Below the pieces are notes generated by a model. The model was not told where the DNA came from, ran no database searches, and saw only the letters and a program-made list of their open reading frames with translations. A program made the translations under genes and the position numbers. A stretch of 64,000 nucleotides of DNA, from assembly GCA_904063045.1 (NCBI GenBank), contig CAJFCJ010000022.1, positions 310,001 to 374,000 of the forward strand, in the 5' to 3' direction. This document shows positions 24,983 to 38,186 of this stretch, piece after piece. The DNA is from Dimorphilus gyrociliatus. Taxonomy: Eukaryota > Animalia > Annelida. Numbering within the stretch: the stretch's first letter is position 1; each line of letters opens with the position of its first letter.

Positions 24983-27900
24983 ATGGCGTCGAAGTACAAC
25001 GTTCTACCGCCTATACAAACTGGACAAACTAGAAATTCTTACTCTTTAAATAGTTCAAGACGCGATAGCCCAATTTCTAATCAAAGAAGTCGGTCGGTTC
25101 CTAGTAAGAAGCATGTCTCTCAAGCAAAACTTCCTAGCCTTAGGACTAGGTCGGAATCAGTAAGTTTAAATATTTATTACAAGATTAACAAAGCTTTATA
25201 TCGGAAAATTCGAGATTTATATATTACTAGAAACGTAAGATTATGTTATCGTATTAATATATTAGAAAAATAAGCATTGCCTAGTGTGGATAATCTGAAA
25301 AGAGTTCGACGACTGCACCAAAAAGCGGATAATTTTTATTCAATCCCAAAAAGAATATATATATATAAGTAAATTCAATAATCATTCTCAAGTTAGTAGC
25401 AAAGATCATTTGATATTAATGTATATTTAATTGTACCATTGACAATGGTAGAAAAACTAAATACGGATGATTGGAAAATAGAGTTCCTTTAATTCTCTTT
25501 CGCTTTCTATTAACTATTAGTAGGATAGTGTAAAAAATCTTATTTCGTCAATGATTTTTTAAGCCTGGACGACAAAATCCCTTTTGAAAGATACAAGTAT
25601 GCTATTAAAATAAAAAAAAGGCTTGAGATAGTCTAAATGCTTAAAAGACCAGGGATTTTGTATATTCTGTATATGAACAATAATAAAAGTCATGTTGTCA
25701 AGTGAACTACTTTGCTTTTTTCTCAAGTAAAGCCTATCTATAACCAGCTAATTAGCGAATATTTTATAATGTCAATAAGACAGATACGATGAGCCCCATT
25801 GAAAATGTATTAGACTTTTGCTTTGAAGATTTAACGCTTGATCAGAAGTAATAAGATTTACTGCTAGCAAATATAGCATAAAAGCTCAGTTTGAACAGCA
25901 TTTCTCTTTACCCTTTTAACTGAAAGGGTTTAAGTAATTCCGCAATTATTTGTTACGTAATGGATAATAGTTTACCAATTCATTAGTTCAAATGTAAATA
26001 GAAAATTTATGCATAATTAATAAGGATAATGAAATATTGTATTACAGCCCGATAGTATTCCTAATCCCTACGAAAATACAATATTCGCTAATTACTTTAA
26101 AAATGATGAAAATTTCGTCAAGAGAGTAAGTTTTATTAATTCAATCAAACGTTTTATTTACTATTATTAACTAATTCATTCATATTCCAAAAATAGTCGT
26201 CTTCTGAGGAATGTTTAAAATGTCTTTTAAAAATTAATCACGATAAATGCGAATCGCATAAATATATACGGGTAGGAGGAGGCTATAGGCATAGTTATTG
26301 GTTCGTTAAAGCAATGCTTGAACAAATTGAACTTGAAAGACAGCAAGCCATTTTGATTAAGCAACGTCTTGAAGCGATTGACGAAGGAGATCAATCCAAT
26401 GTTAGAGCTGTAAAAACTTACATCAGGACAAAGAGTGGTAGACTAGTTGAAAAAATGGTTTTTCTTACTGAGGATGAATTTAAAGAGTTTCTCAAGGGTG
26501 GTGAGAATGCCCAAAGAATACTAAAGAAAAATCTTAACAAAGATGAAGCCGCTGGCCTTCAGTCTTGGGAGAAAGAAGAACAGAAAGCCATTACAACACT
26601 AATTAGAACAAAGAGCGGGCGATTAATTCAAAAAACAGTTTACGTATCGAGAGATGAATATGATAAAATTAGAAAAGGTAAGCTAGATGTTAAAGACGTT
26701 ATGAAAAAATACATCAAACCGGAGGAAGGCGTTGTCGAGGGATGGAAAGAGTCGGATATGAAGGCTGTAAAAACGCTAGTCAGGACGAAAAGTGGAAGGT
26801 TAGTTGAAAAAACAATTTTGGTATCTAAAGAAGACTACGATCAACTCAAGGCTGGTGGCGATCCGTCCAAAATTATAGGAAAATATATGTCTACTGAGGA
26901 TGGTGCTAAAATTGAAGGTTGGAAAAAGGATAAAGGCCCAGCCATGAAGGCTGTTAAAATCAAAGTACGTACCAAAAGTGGTAGGCTGGTCGAAAAGACT
27001 GTACTGATGTCTGAAAATGAATATAAAGATTTTATGGAAAGTGGAGGAGACTTAAAACAGTTGAGAAAATTTGTTAAACTTGATAAGGATGACGTTATCG
27101 AAGCTTTCGAAGATGCTGGCGATGTGTACGCCGATTCGGAAGACGAAGAACAATTGAAACAAGCTAAAGAAGGAGAAAGATTTGTTGGAAAAGATGGTGC
27201 TGTCTACGAAGTTTATGTTGATCCTCTTACTGGAAAGAAATACAAAAAGTTTGTATAGGCTTTTAATAATTATAGTCATATTTTAATTATATTTATTTCA
27301 AAAGAAAAATCGGAGGTCCCGGTGATGCTGATGCTCTAATGACAAAAGGTAAAGGTAAAAAAGGCAAAGGAAAAGGAAAAGGAAAAGGAAGAGGTCTTGA
27401 TGAAGATCCAAACGAAAAAGGTATGACCGAAGAAGACAAAAAGAAATATAGGCAAGGAAGGCGAAGAAAGGAGAGCAATGAATCCTTATTTTCATATAAA
27501 TCTTTTGTGTCCGCTGGAGGAACAAGACACGTTAGACGAAAACGCAAAAAGGCTGATGGAACATATAGTGATAGTGAAAGTTATCATAGTGAACTAGATG
27601 CTGAGGGACAAAAAAGAAGACAAAACCGCCGACAAACTCGCAAACAGGCAGCTGTAAAGAAAAAGCTGGAAAAGATTAAAGCTGGAGGCAGACATGATGG
27701 ATCTGATTCAGAGTTCTCTTATCGGTCTGTTATAAGCGCTGGAGGTACCCGGCACGTTAAACGAAAAAAGAAACTGGCCAATGGAACTTATGGAGACGAA
27801 GAATCGTATCATAGTTCTCAAGATGAAGAAGGTAAGAAGAGAAGAAAAGAAAGAAGAAAAAAGAGGGAGGAAGCGATTAAGGAAGGTAAAAGGAATAAGG

Positions 27901-30761
27901 ACTCTGATTCGGAATATTCGTATAAGTCTGTGGTAAGTGCTGGTGGAACACGACATGTGAAAAGAAAGAAAAAGCTTGCAGACGGAACTTATGGTGATGA
28001 GGAATCTTATCATAGTTCTCAGGACGAAGCTGGTAAAGCTAGGCGAAAGGCTAGACGAAAAGAAAGAGCCAAAAAGATGAAAGTAGGAAAGAGAGACCCA
28101 GATAGTGAGAGTGAATATTCGTACAAATCGCATAAAAGTGCCGGTGGAACTAGGCATGTTACACGAAGAAAGAAGTTAGCTGATGGAACTTATGGAGATG
28201 AAGAATCGTATCATAGTTCCCAAGATCCCGACGGCCAAGATAGACGGAGAAGGAGACGTAGGGAAAGGAAACACGCAGGCAGCGCAAATTCATATTACAG
28301 CGTTGTAAGTGCTGGAGGAACGCGTCATGTTAGAAGAAGGAGAAAGAGGAAGGACGGAACCTATAGCCGTAGTGAATCTTATCATAGCTCAGACTCCGAA
28401 TTTTGGGAAGATCCAAAAAATAAAGACAAAAAGAATAAGAAAAGGCACGGCCCTAGTTCTGCCCATAGTTATTATAGCGAGGTAAGCGATGGAGGTACAA
28501 GAAGAAGATTTAGAAAGAAAAAGATTGTTGACAAAGATGGTAAAGTAATTGGTTATGAAGCTGCCGCACCATATGGTAAGAAAAAGCGCCATCTTCTGTA
28601 TTAAAATTTTAAGACATCAATATTTTTTAGTCCTATTTTCTTCATTATTTTATTATATTTAATAAGATAAATTAAGCAATATAATCTGTTTAATTAGTCT
28701 ATTTTCTTTTCATATATCGTCTGTAGAATCGGATTCTGAGTAAGTATAATAAAACATTATATCAATACTGTAAATTCTTGAAACATTGCAAACAAAAATT
28801 CACAACTTAGGCATGAATATATCTACGATAAGGATGGTAAACTACTTGAAAAGAGGAAGAAACCCAAAAATCCTAAAAATCGGAGAATTTCACAAGCGTC
28901 GAAAGACGGTAAAGGAAGAAGAAAGAAGGGAGGAGGGCCAAATGGGAATATGTCTGACTTTAGCGAGGATCTTCTCTCTACCGATTCTGAAGATGAGCCC
29001 GATCTTACAAAGATGACAGAAGAGGAGAAACAAAAATACCTAGAAGAAAAAGCAAAGAGGAAGGCAGAGCGAGAAAGGAAAAGAAAGGAAAAATACGGCG
29101 AAAATTATGAAGAAATGATGGAAAAACATCAAAAGTAATTTAATAAAAGATTTTCTATAACTATAAAATTAAAAAAACTATTTATAGAGCTAAAAAAGCA
29201 TCGAAAGAAGCTAAACGAAAGGCTCAAAATGAAGCTGGAGAAATGGATGACATATCAGGTTTTGGAGGTAAAAAGGGAAGGGGTAAAGGGAAGGGTAAAG
29301 GAGATAACGAGAGTGATACAGGTAAAAAAAAAGATATATTTTTAAGAAAATGACAAAAAACACTTTATAATAATACTCTTGTATAGAGTCGTACACTGAC
29401 GAAAAAGGCGTAAGACGATTAAGAAAGAAGAAGAATGAAGACGAAGAATCAGTATATGATTTTGTAAGTAATTTTTATATTTATTATTTAAATAACCTTG
29501 CGATACATTCTGTATTAGAGGGCTCTTGAAAAGTATTAGTGAAAGAGGTGTGTTGATTTCAATAGGATAACCTCAAAAGGATAAAAAAGGGTGAGGGTTA
29601 AACGAGGGAGTGAAAGGGAAAGAGTAAAAATTCCAGTAAATATATTATATTCTATTTGTACTCTATTGATTAGCTCATTGAAAGTAAGATTTTGTAAATA
29701 TTCGCAATCTATATGAAAAATCATATATACTATACGATAAACGTATAGATATAAATATAGGTAATTTACTACAACTAAATCGCTTGTTTCTAAATTAAAC
29801 ATAAATAGAAAGGAAAAATTGCCAAGAGCATAATAGAAAATTGAATTTCCACTTTGATTTGTCAAATGATAGACGTTCAACTACGATTTTCAATAAAGAA
29901 AGAAGGAAGAAGATGATTTAATACTACAATGTAGGATATATACTGTATATATTCTTCTGTTTGTTTTCCAAGCCAAATTGCATTCTAGCGTGAAAAGTAT
30001 AGGTTTTGTTATAGGAATTTAATTAATGTTTTGTCGATTTAAATAAAAAAAACAAATACTTTTGTTTAGTAATAAAAAAAAAGACCGATAATAAATTCAT
30101 TAAAAGAAATAACATTTTAATACAAAGAGGAAAGAAACTTTCAATAAATAACTACTTATTTCAACTAGTCTAATCTACTTCATTTAATATGTATATTATT
30201 TTGATATTGTTTCTAGGAGAGAGATACTGAGGGTAATATCGTATATGGTGCTGATGGTAAACCAAAACTTAGGAAAATTGGTACTATTAAAAAGGGAGGA
30301 AAAGGCATACCAGACTCTGATGATGAGTACGAATATGTTAGAGATAAGCATGGAAATCTGGTTCGCAAGAAAAAGGACGAGGACGTCGATGGATTTGGTT
30401 CGTTAATTGTTTTGAATATTTGATCGGTTGATTGTCGTCTATCGTTGGAACGTTCAAATCAATAATTATGTCACGTAAAGCTTGTAGATCTATTAATTTT
30501 TTTTTCATTTATCGTAATGGCGTCGAAGCGGCCTAGTATCCATATTCCGCGTTGTTCAACTTCAACTTCGCTAAGTTCATCGGATGACGATTTGACGAAT
30601 AATCGTCCTGTTAAGTCATCTAGCATTAGGCGTTTATGTGACAAAACGAAGAAAATATCATCTAGGCAGTGTAATTCAACTCCAACGATCAAGAAACGAG
30701 AGATAAAACAGGAATGAATAAAAAATAAAGATAGCTAAGAACGTAGATTGTTAAATAGAGT

Positions 30762-30792
<31 letters not shown>

Positions 30793-32507
30793 AATCCTAC
30801 TCTTATAAATTAATGAATCAAGTTTAAAAATGATCAAGTTGAAATATCTCGTAAATTTCGACTTTTTCATTTCTTTATATTATTCATTTCTGTTAAAATT
30901 AAGGTTGGAATAAGTAAAACTGTATCTTTAAAGACTTTTCGGCGCGAAAGCGAGGATTTATCTGCAATCTCAAATCTTGAAGCTACAACATCTCTAATTA
31001 GCCTTGAAACTTCTTTTTTAGAATCTGATGGAGATTACTTCGAAAGAGATGCCAAAGGTAATATTATTGGTGTGAAAAAGGGAAAAAAGAAGATAGACTT
31101 GTCAAAATTAACAAACGACGAGCTACTGGCTTTGGGCATTGACCCGGACGCTAGTCCTGGAGAAATTGCCCGTATTTTAAAAGATAAATTCGGTGATACT
31201 ATACGTATTGTTGATGGAGGGAAGTTGGTTGGTCATAAAAAATATTCCGAATACGCTAGAGATGTACCTGCAGAAGTTTTGGCAAGAGATCCAGAGTTAG
31301 ACGTCAATACCAGTAAGTAACATATAATTTTTTTTCCAATAGAATCGATATAGAAAAATTTGAACGCTGTTAAATAGTCACGCCTGGAATGAAAAGAGCT
31401 AATATTCTTTGGATAAGGGGAGGCAATGAAATTCAAGAACACGCTAAAAATATGATTAATATGTCAAAATTAACTGATGAAGCGCAACAACAATTGGAGG
31501 ACGAACGAGATGCAACAATCGATTTCATCAATCATTATCGATTGGTTGAAACTGATAAAGTACAGGGTTACGTAAAAGCTTTTGCAGTTGAAGACTTTGA
31601 CAGAGATTATGTTGTTGACTATCATGTAAATAGCATAACAATTACATTCCATAAGGTTCAGTTGACTAATGCATAGAAAAATAAACATTTTTTCAGGGCG
31701 TCGAGAAATCTCTAGCTGCAGTTCCATCTGTCGGTCATATAGGCGAAAGGGAGATGGAATATATCAAACTTTGTTTAGATATAACACCGGAAACAAATTT
31801 CAATTTTAGAATGTTTGCTGTTATGACTGCCTTAGCGGAACGAGTAACGCATATGGAGTGAGTATATTATTACATTAGAAACCAATTTTGACATCTAGTT
31901 TGTGAAGGGAGTGTCTAAAAATGAATATTAATTTTCTCTCTACAGTCCCCATTGTAAAAACTTATTAGAAATTTCGAATTTAGCTGATATTGAACGCAAG
32001 ATGGCACTGTATAAAGCAATGTTTTACCAAAATGTGCAATCGGATAGAGATTCAAATTACATTACTGCTGAATCTCTTCTTATTGAACTGATAGCGGGTG
32101 GTTTAAGTAAAGATCAACAAAACTTCATTATGGATCGAATGCTTCCAAATACATTCCGCGAAATTTCCTTCTTAGATTATCTGGCATATATTCCTCTCTT
32201 TCTATCCATGCATGACAATATGTGCGATAATCCTTTAGATATGGGGGAAAAGTATAAACCAAATAGGCCTGTTTCCCCTCAGAGAGACCAAAATCCACTC
32301 GGACACGATTTAAAAAAAGATTCGGTCTTCATAAAGCAAAATTATAAGAAGTCTGATAAAGACGATATGAGAAAGAAAGCAGAAGATTTAATTATTGGAA
32401 AGAAAACTCCTGACCCAAGGGATCATATGGATTTGTATAAAAAACATAATAAACTTCATCAAATGATTGATGGAACAGAAAGTTTCCCAAAAACTAAAGG
32501 AAAGTAA
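24983..32507 (+). CDS. Large (>1,500 aa) Lys/Arg/Asp/Ser-rich repeat protein with C-terminal EF-hand-like region
   Basis: Phase-consistent exon chain: 26048-26125, 26197-27248, 27305-28575, 28727-28739, 28811-29134, 29188-29321, 29387-29463, 30217-30397, 31022-31312, 31378-31625, 31697-31857, 31946-32507 (stop). Putative first exon 24983-25159 (MASKYNVLPPI..., GTAAGT donor); its link to 26048 through small exons is unresolved. An EF-hand-like loop EDFDRDYVVDY is followed by helical segments ending ...ISFLDYLAYIPLFLSMHDNMCDNPL. Confidence 0.85.
26407..27115 (+). repeat. Coding repeat family A: four 59-62 aa units with core RTKSGRL(V/I)(E/Q)K
   Basis: RTKSGRL codons begin at 26425, 26605, 26782 and 26968 (spacing 60, 59 and 62 aa). 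The first three units carry a late W(E/K)(K/E) motif; the fourth has AFED at the equivalent position. Confidence 0.9.
27492..28530 (+). repeat. Coding repeat family B: five full and one degenerate SYxSxxSAGGTRHVxRxxKxxDGTYxxxESYHSx units
   Basis: SAGGT cores (SDGGT in the sixth unit) begin at 27510, 27735, 27936, 28137, 28308 and 28485. Spacers are poly-basic, R/K-rich linkers of variable length. Confidence 0.9.
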
Positions 32508-34844
32508 CATTTCCAAAAGCCAAATAGAAGAAGACGAAGAAAGAGAATCCTATATATTTCTATGTCTAAACTTTAATTATAATAAACTGAGAACTGCAGA
32601 TATTCATAGATTGCATTTTTTATTGTTCATTTGAAAGCTCAAGAGTGATAGTTTCTGTTTTTTTTGTGTTTGGTGCTGTGTCTTTTTCCGTCATCTTTAA
32701 AAACAGAGTTTATATGGAATGTGACACTGATAAACGAAAAGTTTAAATATCTACTTTTCTTATAATATATATAGTATATATAAGCTTTACAATAAGTTTA
32801 TTATATAATTCATTTCGTCGTAAAGGATAAATTTTATCTTTTCAGGAAGCGTTTTAGCAGAAATCAATTTGTAAATTGTGCAAAGAGCTACCATTTAATA
32901 ATATATTGTTAAAATCTCTTAACTGTATGTAGGCATTTAGGATTCTGCAGCTTTAACAAGGCTATATCTTATAATATTGGTTTTATCATTAATAACTATT
33001 GTTCCTGATTACTGCGAGTATTAATAATTACATCTTTTGTTTTTAAGCGTTTATTTGTAAACCACATTTGTTGATTAAATAAAGAGAGATTTAGCTACTT
33101 AATCTCTTATTACCACTGTAAAATATCAAAGTAGTATGTAACATTATCATGACAGACTCGATCAATTACAGTTTAATGAACAAAAGAAAATGTCACTTTC
33201 AACTAATTGCCAAGTTTTTTTAGAAGGAGACCAAGAGAAGCTATTTTTAATGGCTGTTGTCGCAAACTAGACTGTATATATATAAAAAAAAGTCTATTGC
33301 AATATATTTAGCAAAGATCGCAAAAGGAAAAAGGAAGGTAATTGCCATCAGTTGTAGGTAAAAACAAAACATGTTTATCCTATAGACAGTACTTAAGCAT
33401 CTGTAGTGAATAATATAATCAAAGCTAAAAAGAGAAACATGATAAGTATATATGAAAACAATGGAAATAATGTAAAATAAAAACGAAAGAGTAATAGCTA
33501 ATTCTGGATATTAGATGAAAGTTTTAATATAGTGCCTAACCTGTTTTATCATCCATATGGCACTTAAAGATTGTTTGATCTGTTTGGTTACAATACAGAA
33601 AATCATATCAATAATTTATACGCTACTCGCTGGAAAACTGTATAAACTTATTGATAAATTGGCTAACGATTTAAGTCTAGAAATTTAGATATTAGATAAT
33701 GAAAGAGCGATTATTAGTAGAGTATATTAAAGTAAAATATTTATGATTTTTCCTGTTTATTGCTGCTGCCTTGAAGTAAACTATGTAGCATTAAAGATGA
33801 GATAAAAGTAAAATATCTCTTAACATTAGCCTTCTTTCCAGAGTTTGACCCCCATTGGCGCACTTGAAGAAATCAAAGAATATATTATTAGATCATAAAG
33901 GAAAAATCAATGTAACGATATTTTTAATGAAAATTGCAGATAGTTTAGGAATAAACTCAAATAGCTGTTGGTGAAGTTGATCGGCTGATAAACTATAATA
34001 AACGCTATATAATTAAATTATTTTCCGTAATACTGGATTGACAACACTTACAAAAATATTGCATTATGCAACCATTTCTTGGTAGAGAGTACTTTTGTTG
34101 CATCTATTCAGTTAAATGAATTTAAGCGCTTTTGTAGATCTCATCTCTGTGAAATACAAAACAATATAAATTCTATACTTTGTATCCGCCTATCTCAAAG
34201 GTATAATTTAGAGTTTCTTTTTTATTTCCAAGTCTAATCCCAGAATTTCTTAAAGTTTCATATGCTATGTTTATAAATTAAATGTAATTGTCCATGGCTT
34301 AATACGAATTATTATTACAACAAGCTTTGGGCTCATTTGGTTTATTATTACAGGAAATAAAAATCCTACCAAAATGTAACGAAATATTGAAATACACTTA
34401 AATTGATAAAAAGAAGGAATAGGAATTCGATGTTAAAACTGTAATGAGTTAGATTCTGATCTATAGAAATAAAAGTAGATCATTATACAAAAAAAAGGAT
34501 TCTTTTATTTTCAAGAGAAATAGGTTTTCAATAAAAATAAGGGCAGTTCCTTATCAATTTATCTATAATTCTATATCTTATTTGTCATTAGTTATAAGAT
34601 TGAAAAATGTTAATTTACCAGTGGAAAGAGGTAGATTGGTGGTTCGAAGTATAGCTAATAAAGTATTTATACCGTAAAGAAAGTTTATGAGAAACTTAGG
34701 AGAAATGAATCACTACTATAAATATTGTTTATTGATGTTTATAGAATTGGTTAGTCTTCAAGATCGAATATAAATCAATTAATAATCTTTAAGGGAAAAA
34801 TGTTATTTTGTTCATTGAAGCAGTACGAGATAGTTGGAAATAGA

Positions 34845-37800
34845 ATGCTGATAGTAACGAAGCTGTTCTTAACTATCCTACCAATTACATCAAGTAGTTT
34901 ATTTCAAAATCTTCAATTAACAACCTTTCCTCAACCATCAAGATATGCTTCATCAGTTCCAATCAATTTTGTGGAGTTTTTCCTTGAGGTAATCAATCAA
35001 AAGATGATTGTTGCTAGCTAAATCTATTTTTTAACTGTTTCTTACATAAATTTTAACTTTACTTTCCAGTTCCATATGTATCATTTAGGATTTAATATTA
35101 AAGATTTAAGTATTAATTGCTCGCTTTCCTTTCATGAACTTGCACAATCAACAAATGATACTTATATATTTAACATTTCTAACGAAATACAACTAAATAA
35201 TTACAAGGAATGTGAGAGGACGTTAGTTGAGCTAAAAACATATGGAATGGCGGCAATATTTATTATTAATAAAGGTATATTGTCTTTAAAAGAGTTCATT
35301 ATGTTAAAAGACTTGTTTTCTTGCAATAGAAATGGAAAATCTTGCCAGAACTGCATTTGAAAAAGTTAACCCAAGCATAACAATACCATTTGTTTTATTG
35401 AAAGCCTATGGGAAAACTTTTCATTATTATGATAAAATCATGATTTTTTCAACCGTCAATAATAATCAAACATTTTTAGATAGTACAGAACATAATTTAG
35501 CTGAAAATTCATCTTTTAAAGTAGATGGTGTCGACTCTAACAGTTTAATATTACAAAGTCTTGAAAAGTTTGTTCTCTCTTGCCATTTTTCATTCATTCC
35601 TCTCATTTGTTATTCATTAATTCTGTATGTAAATTTATTCTTTAGTGCTTCTGATAAAAATATTGAGACGTGTTCGCTTCCAATAAACCAGCCCTGGATA
35701 TTTTCAATAAAGATTTCCGGTTTTCGTATAAGGATCAATAATGTCCTGATAGAGTTTAGTCTGAACATTACTGGTACCTTTGAAACTACTATGCTATTTT
35801 TAGATGCATATTAATTCGATAAATGATTTTTATTAAAGATTATTCAAGTTGGTCTGCCGTTAATATATTTGCCGATGGTCGACAGGAAAACTGTACAATC
35901 GAGTCAACTGGATTAAAGACGATTGTTTATTATTGTCCTGAATTTGCATCAGAAGCGGATGATTATATTCTATTTTTGGAAAACAAACATTCTATTTGCG
36001 AATTTAAAGCAACTTCGTATAATTTAGCTTTAGATGCAAAATTTAAGAATTCTGATAAGGAACTAATATCAACTTTAAATGACCTTCAAAACAACTCCCT
36101 ATCAACATGTACCCGTATGGAACAATCCTCATTTTTATATATAGATTTTCCTACATTCTACTCCATAGAAATCACTTGCTTATTTATACGTGAGTATAAG
36201 TTGACTTTTCCAGAGAAAAAGAAAAAACTAAAGTGCTTATATATGCATTTCTCTCTTTAAAAAAAGGCGAAATTACTTCCGCTTCCGGAAAATTTCATAT
36301 ACAATTATCCTTTTTAACTTTTCAAACAAAATATTGTCAACTAGCTAGAAATATTAGTAGTACCATTGACTTTTGGATGAAAATTCCATGCCCGTTTGAA
36401 GATAAATCATTAAAGATTGAGAATATGGGAGTCGAATTTCTTTTGGACGAGATTGAATTTTATAGTAGGAATAAAACATGTAAGTTTTTCAATGAAAATC
36501 CATCAGTTATCTATAGAACATTAATAATATTAGACGTTGCTCCCGATTTTGATCTCGGTACTACGACCAATCTTGTGTTAAATGGTTTTTCGGAATGGAT
36601 TGCTGGAGATGTTGGCGACGATTCATATCTTTTAAATGATAATCTTAACGATACATGTAATAGCATTACTAATATAAATAAAGATGAAATATTATGGTAC
36701 ACGTTCTTTTGGAGAGAAAGCGCTATAAGGGCTTTTCTAATAAGAATTAAAGAGACTATATTGTCGGATGAAATAATTACATTGAAATTTACATCTTTAA
36801 ATGATCAAGTTACTATAAAAGAAATAAATTTGTTTAAACCTAATAATACTGCCGATTATAATGCTGACAAAGCGAGAACGAAAGATTTTAATTGGAATCC
36901 TATTTATCCTTGTTTATCTTCAGATTTATTGGTCAATTGGGGAAGCAAGCAGCTTACTTACTTCTCACCTTTAATAGAGCTTGTATTTGATAAATTTAAA
37001 AGTATATTTGAAATTTATCAAATTAGATTTACTGCTCCAACTGAACAGAATTCAATAGAGATATCCAGTTACTATAAACAACACTATGCATTTTTGAATA
37101 CAATAATTCCATTTACAATGGATTTTAGCAAAATACACTTTCCTAGAAATACCGAAAAGAGAGTATGCCAATCTGATATTAAAGTGAAGAGAGGGAATAA
37201 TTTAATCAATTGTACAAATGGCCATGTTGGGAGCGAAATTGTGTTTTCTAGTCTTATTGAAAATATTGCTAAAATAGAAATATGTGAAATTGCTATATGG
37301 GCAAAGAAAATCATTTATCAACCTTCCTTTCTTTTAAAACTTGTAGAAAATTCAAAAGCAAACAAATTGATTGATTTGGATGGACCTTCAAGGCTAACGG
37401 GAATTACGATTATTCCCTCAAATGGTTTCTTAAATAATTATATTAGTGATTTCTTATTTAACTCTTTTCTATTTTAGTCATCAATGAAAGTTTCTCAGTT
37501 GTTGGTATACAGTTTAAAGATTCCAAAAGGAGAGTTCAAGAGAGAAAAACGATTCTGGAATATGATCCTAACATATATGGACCGTTAGTAAATAATATGA
37601 AAGTTAACTTGAAAGTTTCATCGCCTTTTATCGACTCAATTCAAATTAATTCAACAACAAACGATTCATTAACTATAAAGGTTCAAGGGTTTTTTCATAA
37701 AGGAGGTAAATTATTGAAAATCGTTTATTAATCTCTTTTCATTTTATAAATAAATACTTTTTTAATAAATTTACCCTTTCATACAAAGATCAAGCTCGAT

Positions 37801-38186
37801 TAATTGCTGTTAATATGACTAGAATACAAAATGTACTTAATTATTCTATTTTCTTAGTTTTTCAACTATTTAATTAACTTTTCTTTTTTTAAATTACATA
37901 CCATCAGACCAATATGCCATCTGCAACAACTTTTAGCGCATGCAGTAAGTTATGCAAAGAGACGTCCACTTGTACAGGATTTATTTGGGAATTTCCAATA
38001 AAGAAACAATGTTGGTTGGACCATTTTTTCACGACAAGTGGTTCTTTAAAAGAGAAGAAATATATAAACGAAAATGCGGGTGCAGCATGTCTTCTCTCTT
38101 GTCCGTTACAAAATTCAATGTACTTTTCATACAGTACATCGGTTAATCGGTTAAAAGTTCAGTTACAAAATGAGAAATGCCCTTGA
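34845..38186 (+). CDS. Secreted ~916 aa protein with degenerate galactose-binding/F5-8C (discoidin)-like modules and a C-terminal PAN/apple domain
   Basis: Phase-consistent exons 34845-34988, 35070-35274, 35330-35567, 35646-35773, 35839-36189, 36267-37424, 37478-37705, 37789-37808, 37908-38186 (2,751 nt in total). Signal-like MLIVTKLFLTILPITSS; discoidin-like LIDLDGPSRLTGITII...FSVVGIQF; PAN pattern CSKLCKETSTCTGFIW...CWL. Confidence 0.72.

Noticed and set aside
27052-28592. Minus-strand ORFs 27052-27279, 27293-27547, 27298-27525, 27708-28157 and 28389-28592
   Set aside because: Antisense shadows of the purine-rich repeat exons. The same applies to 14838-15098, 48386-48697 and 61031-61273 over their genes.
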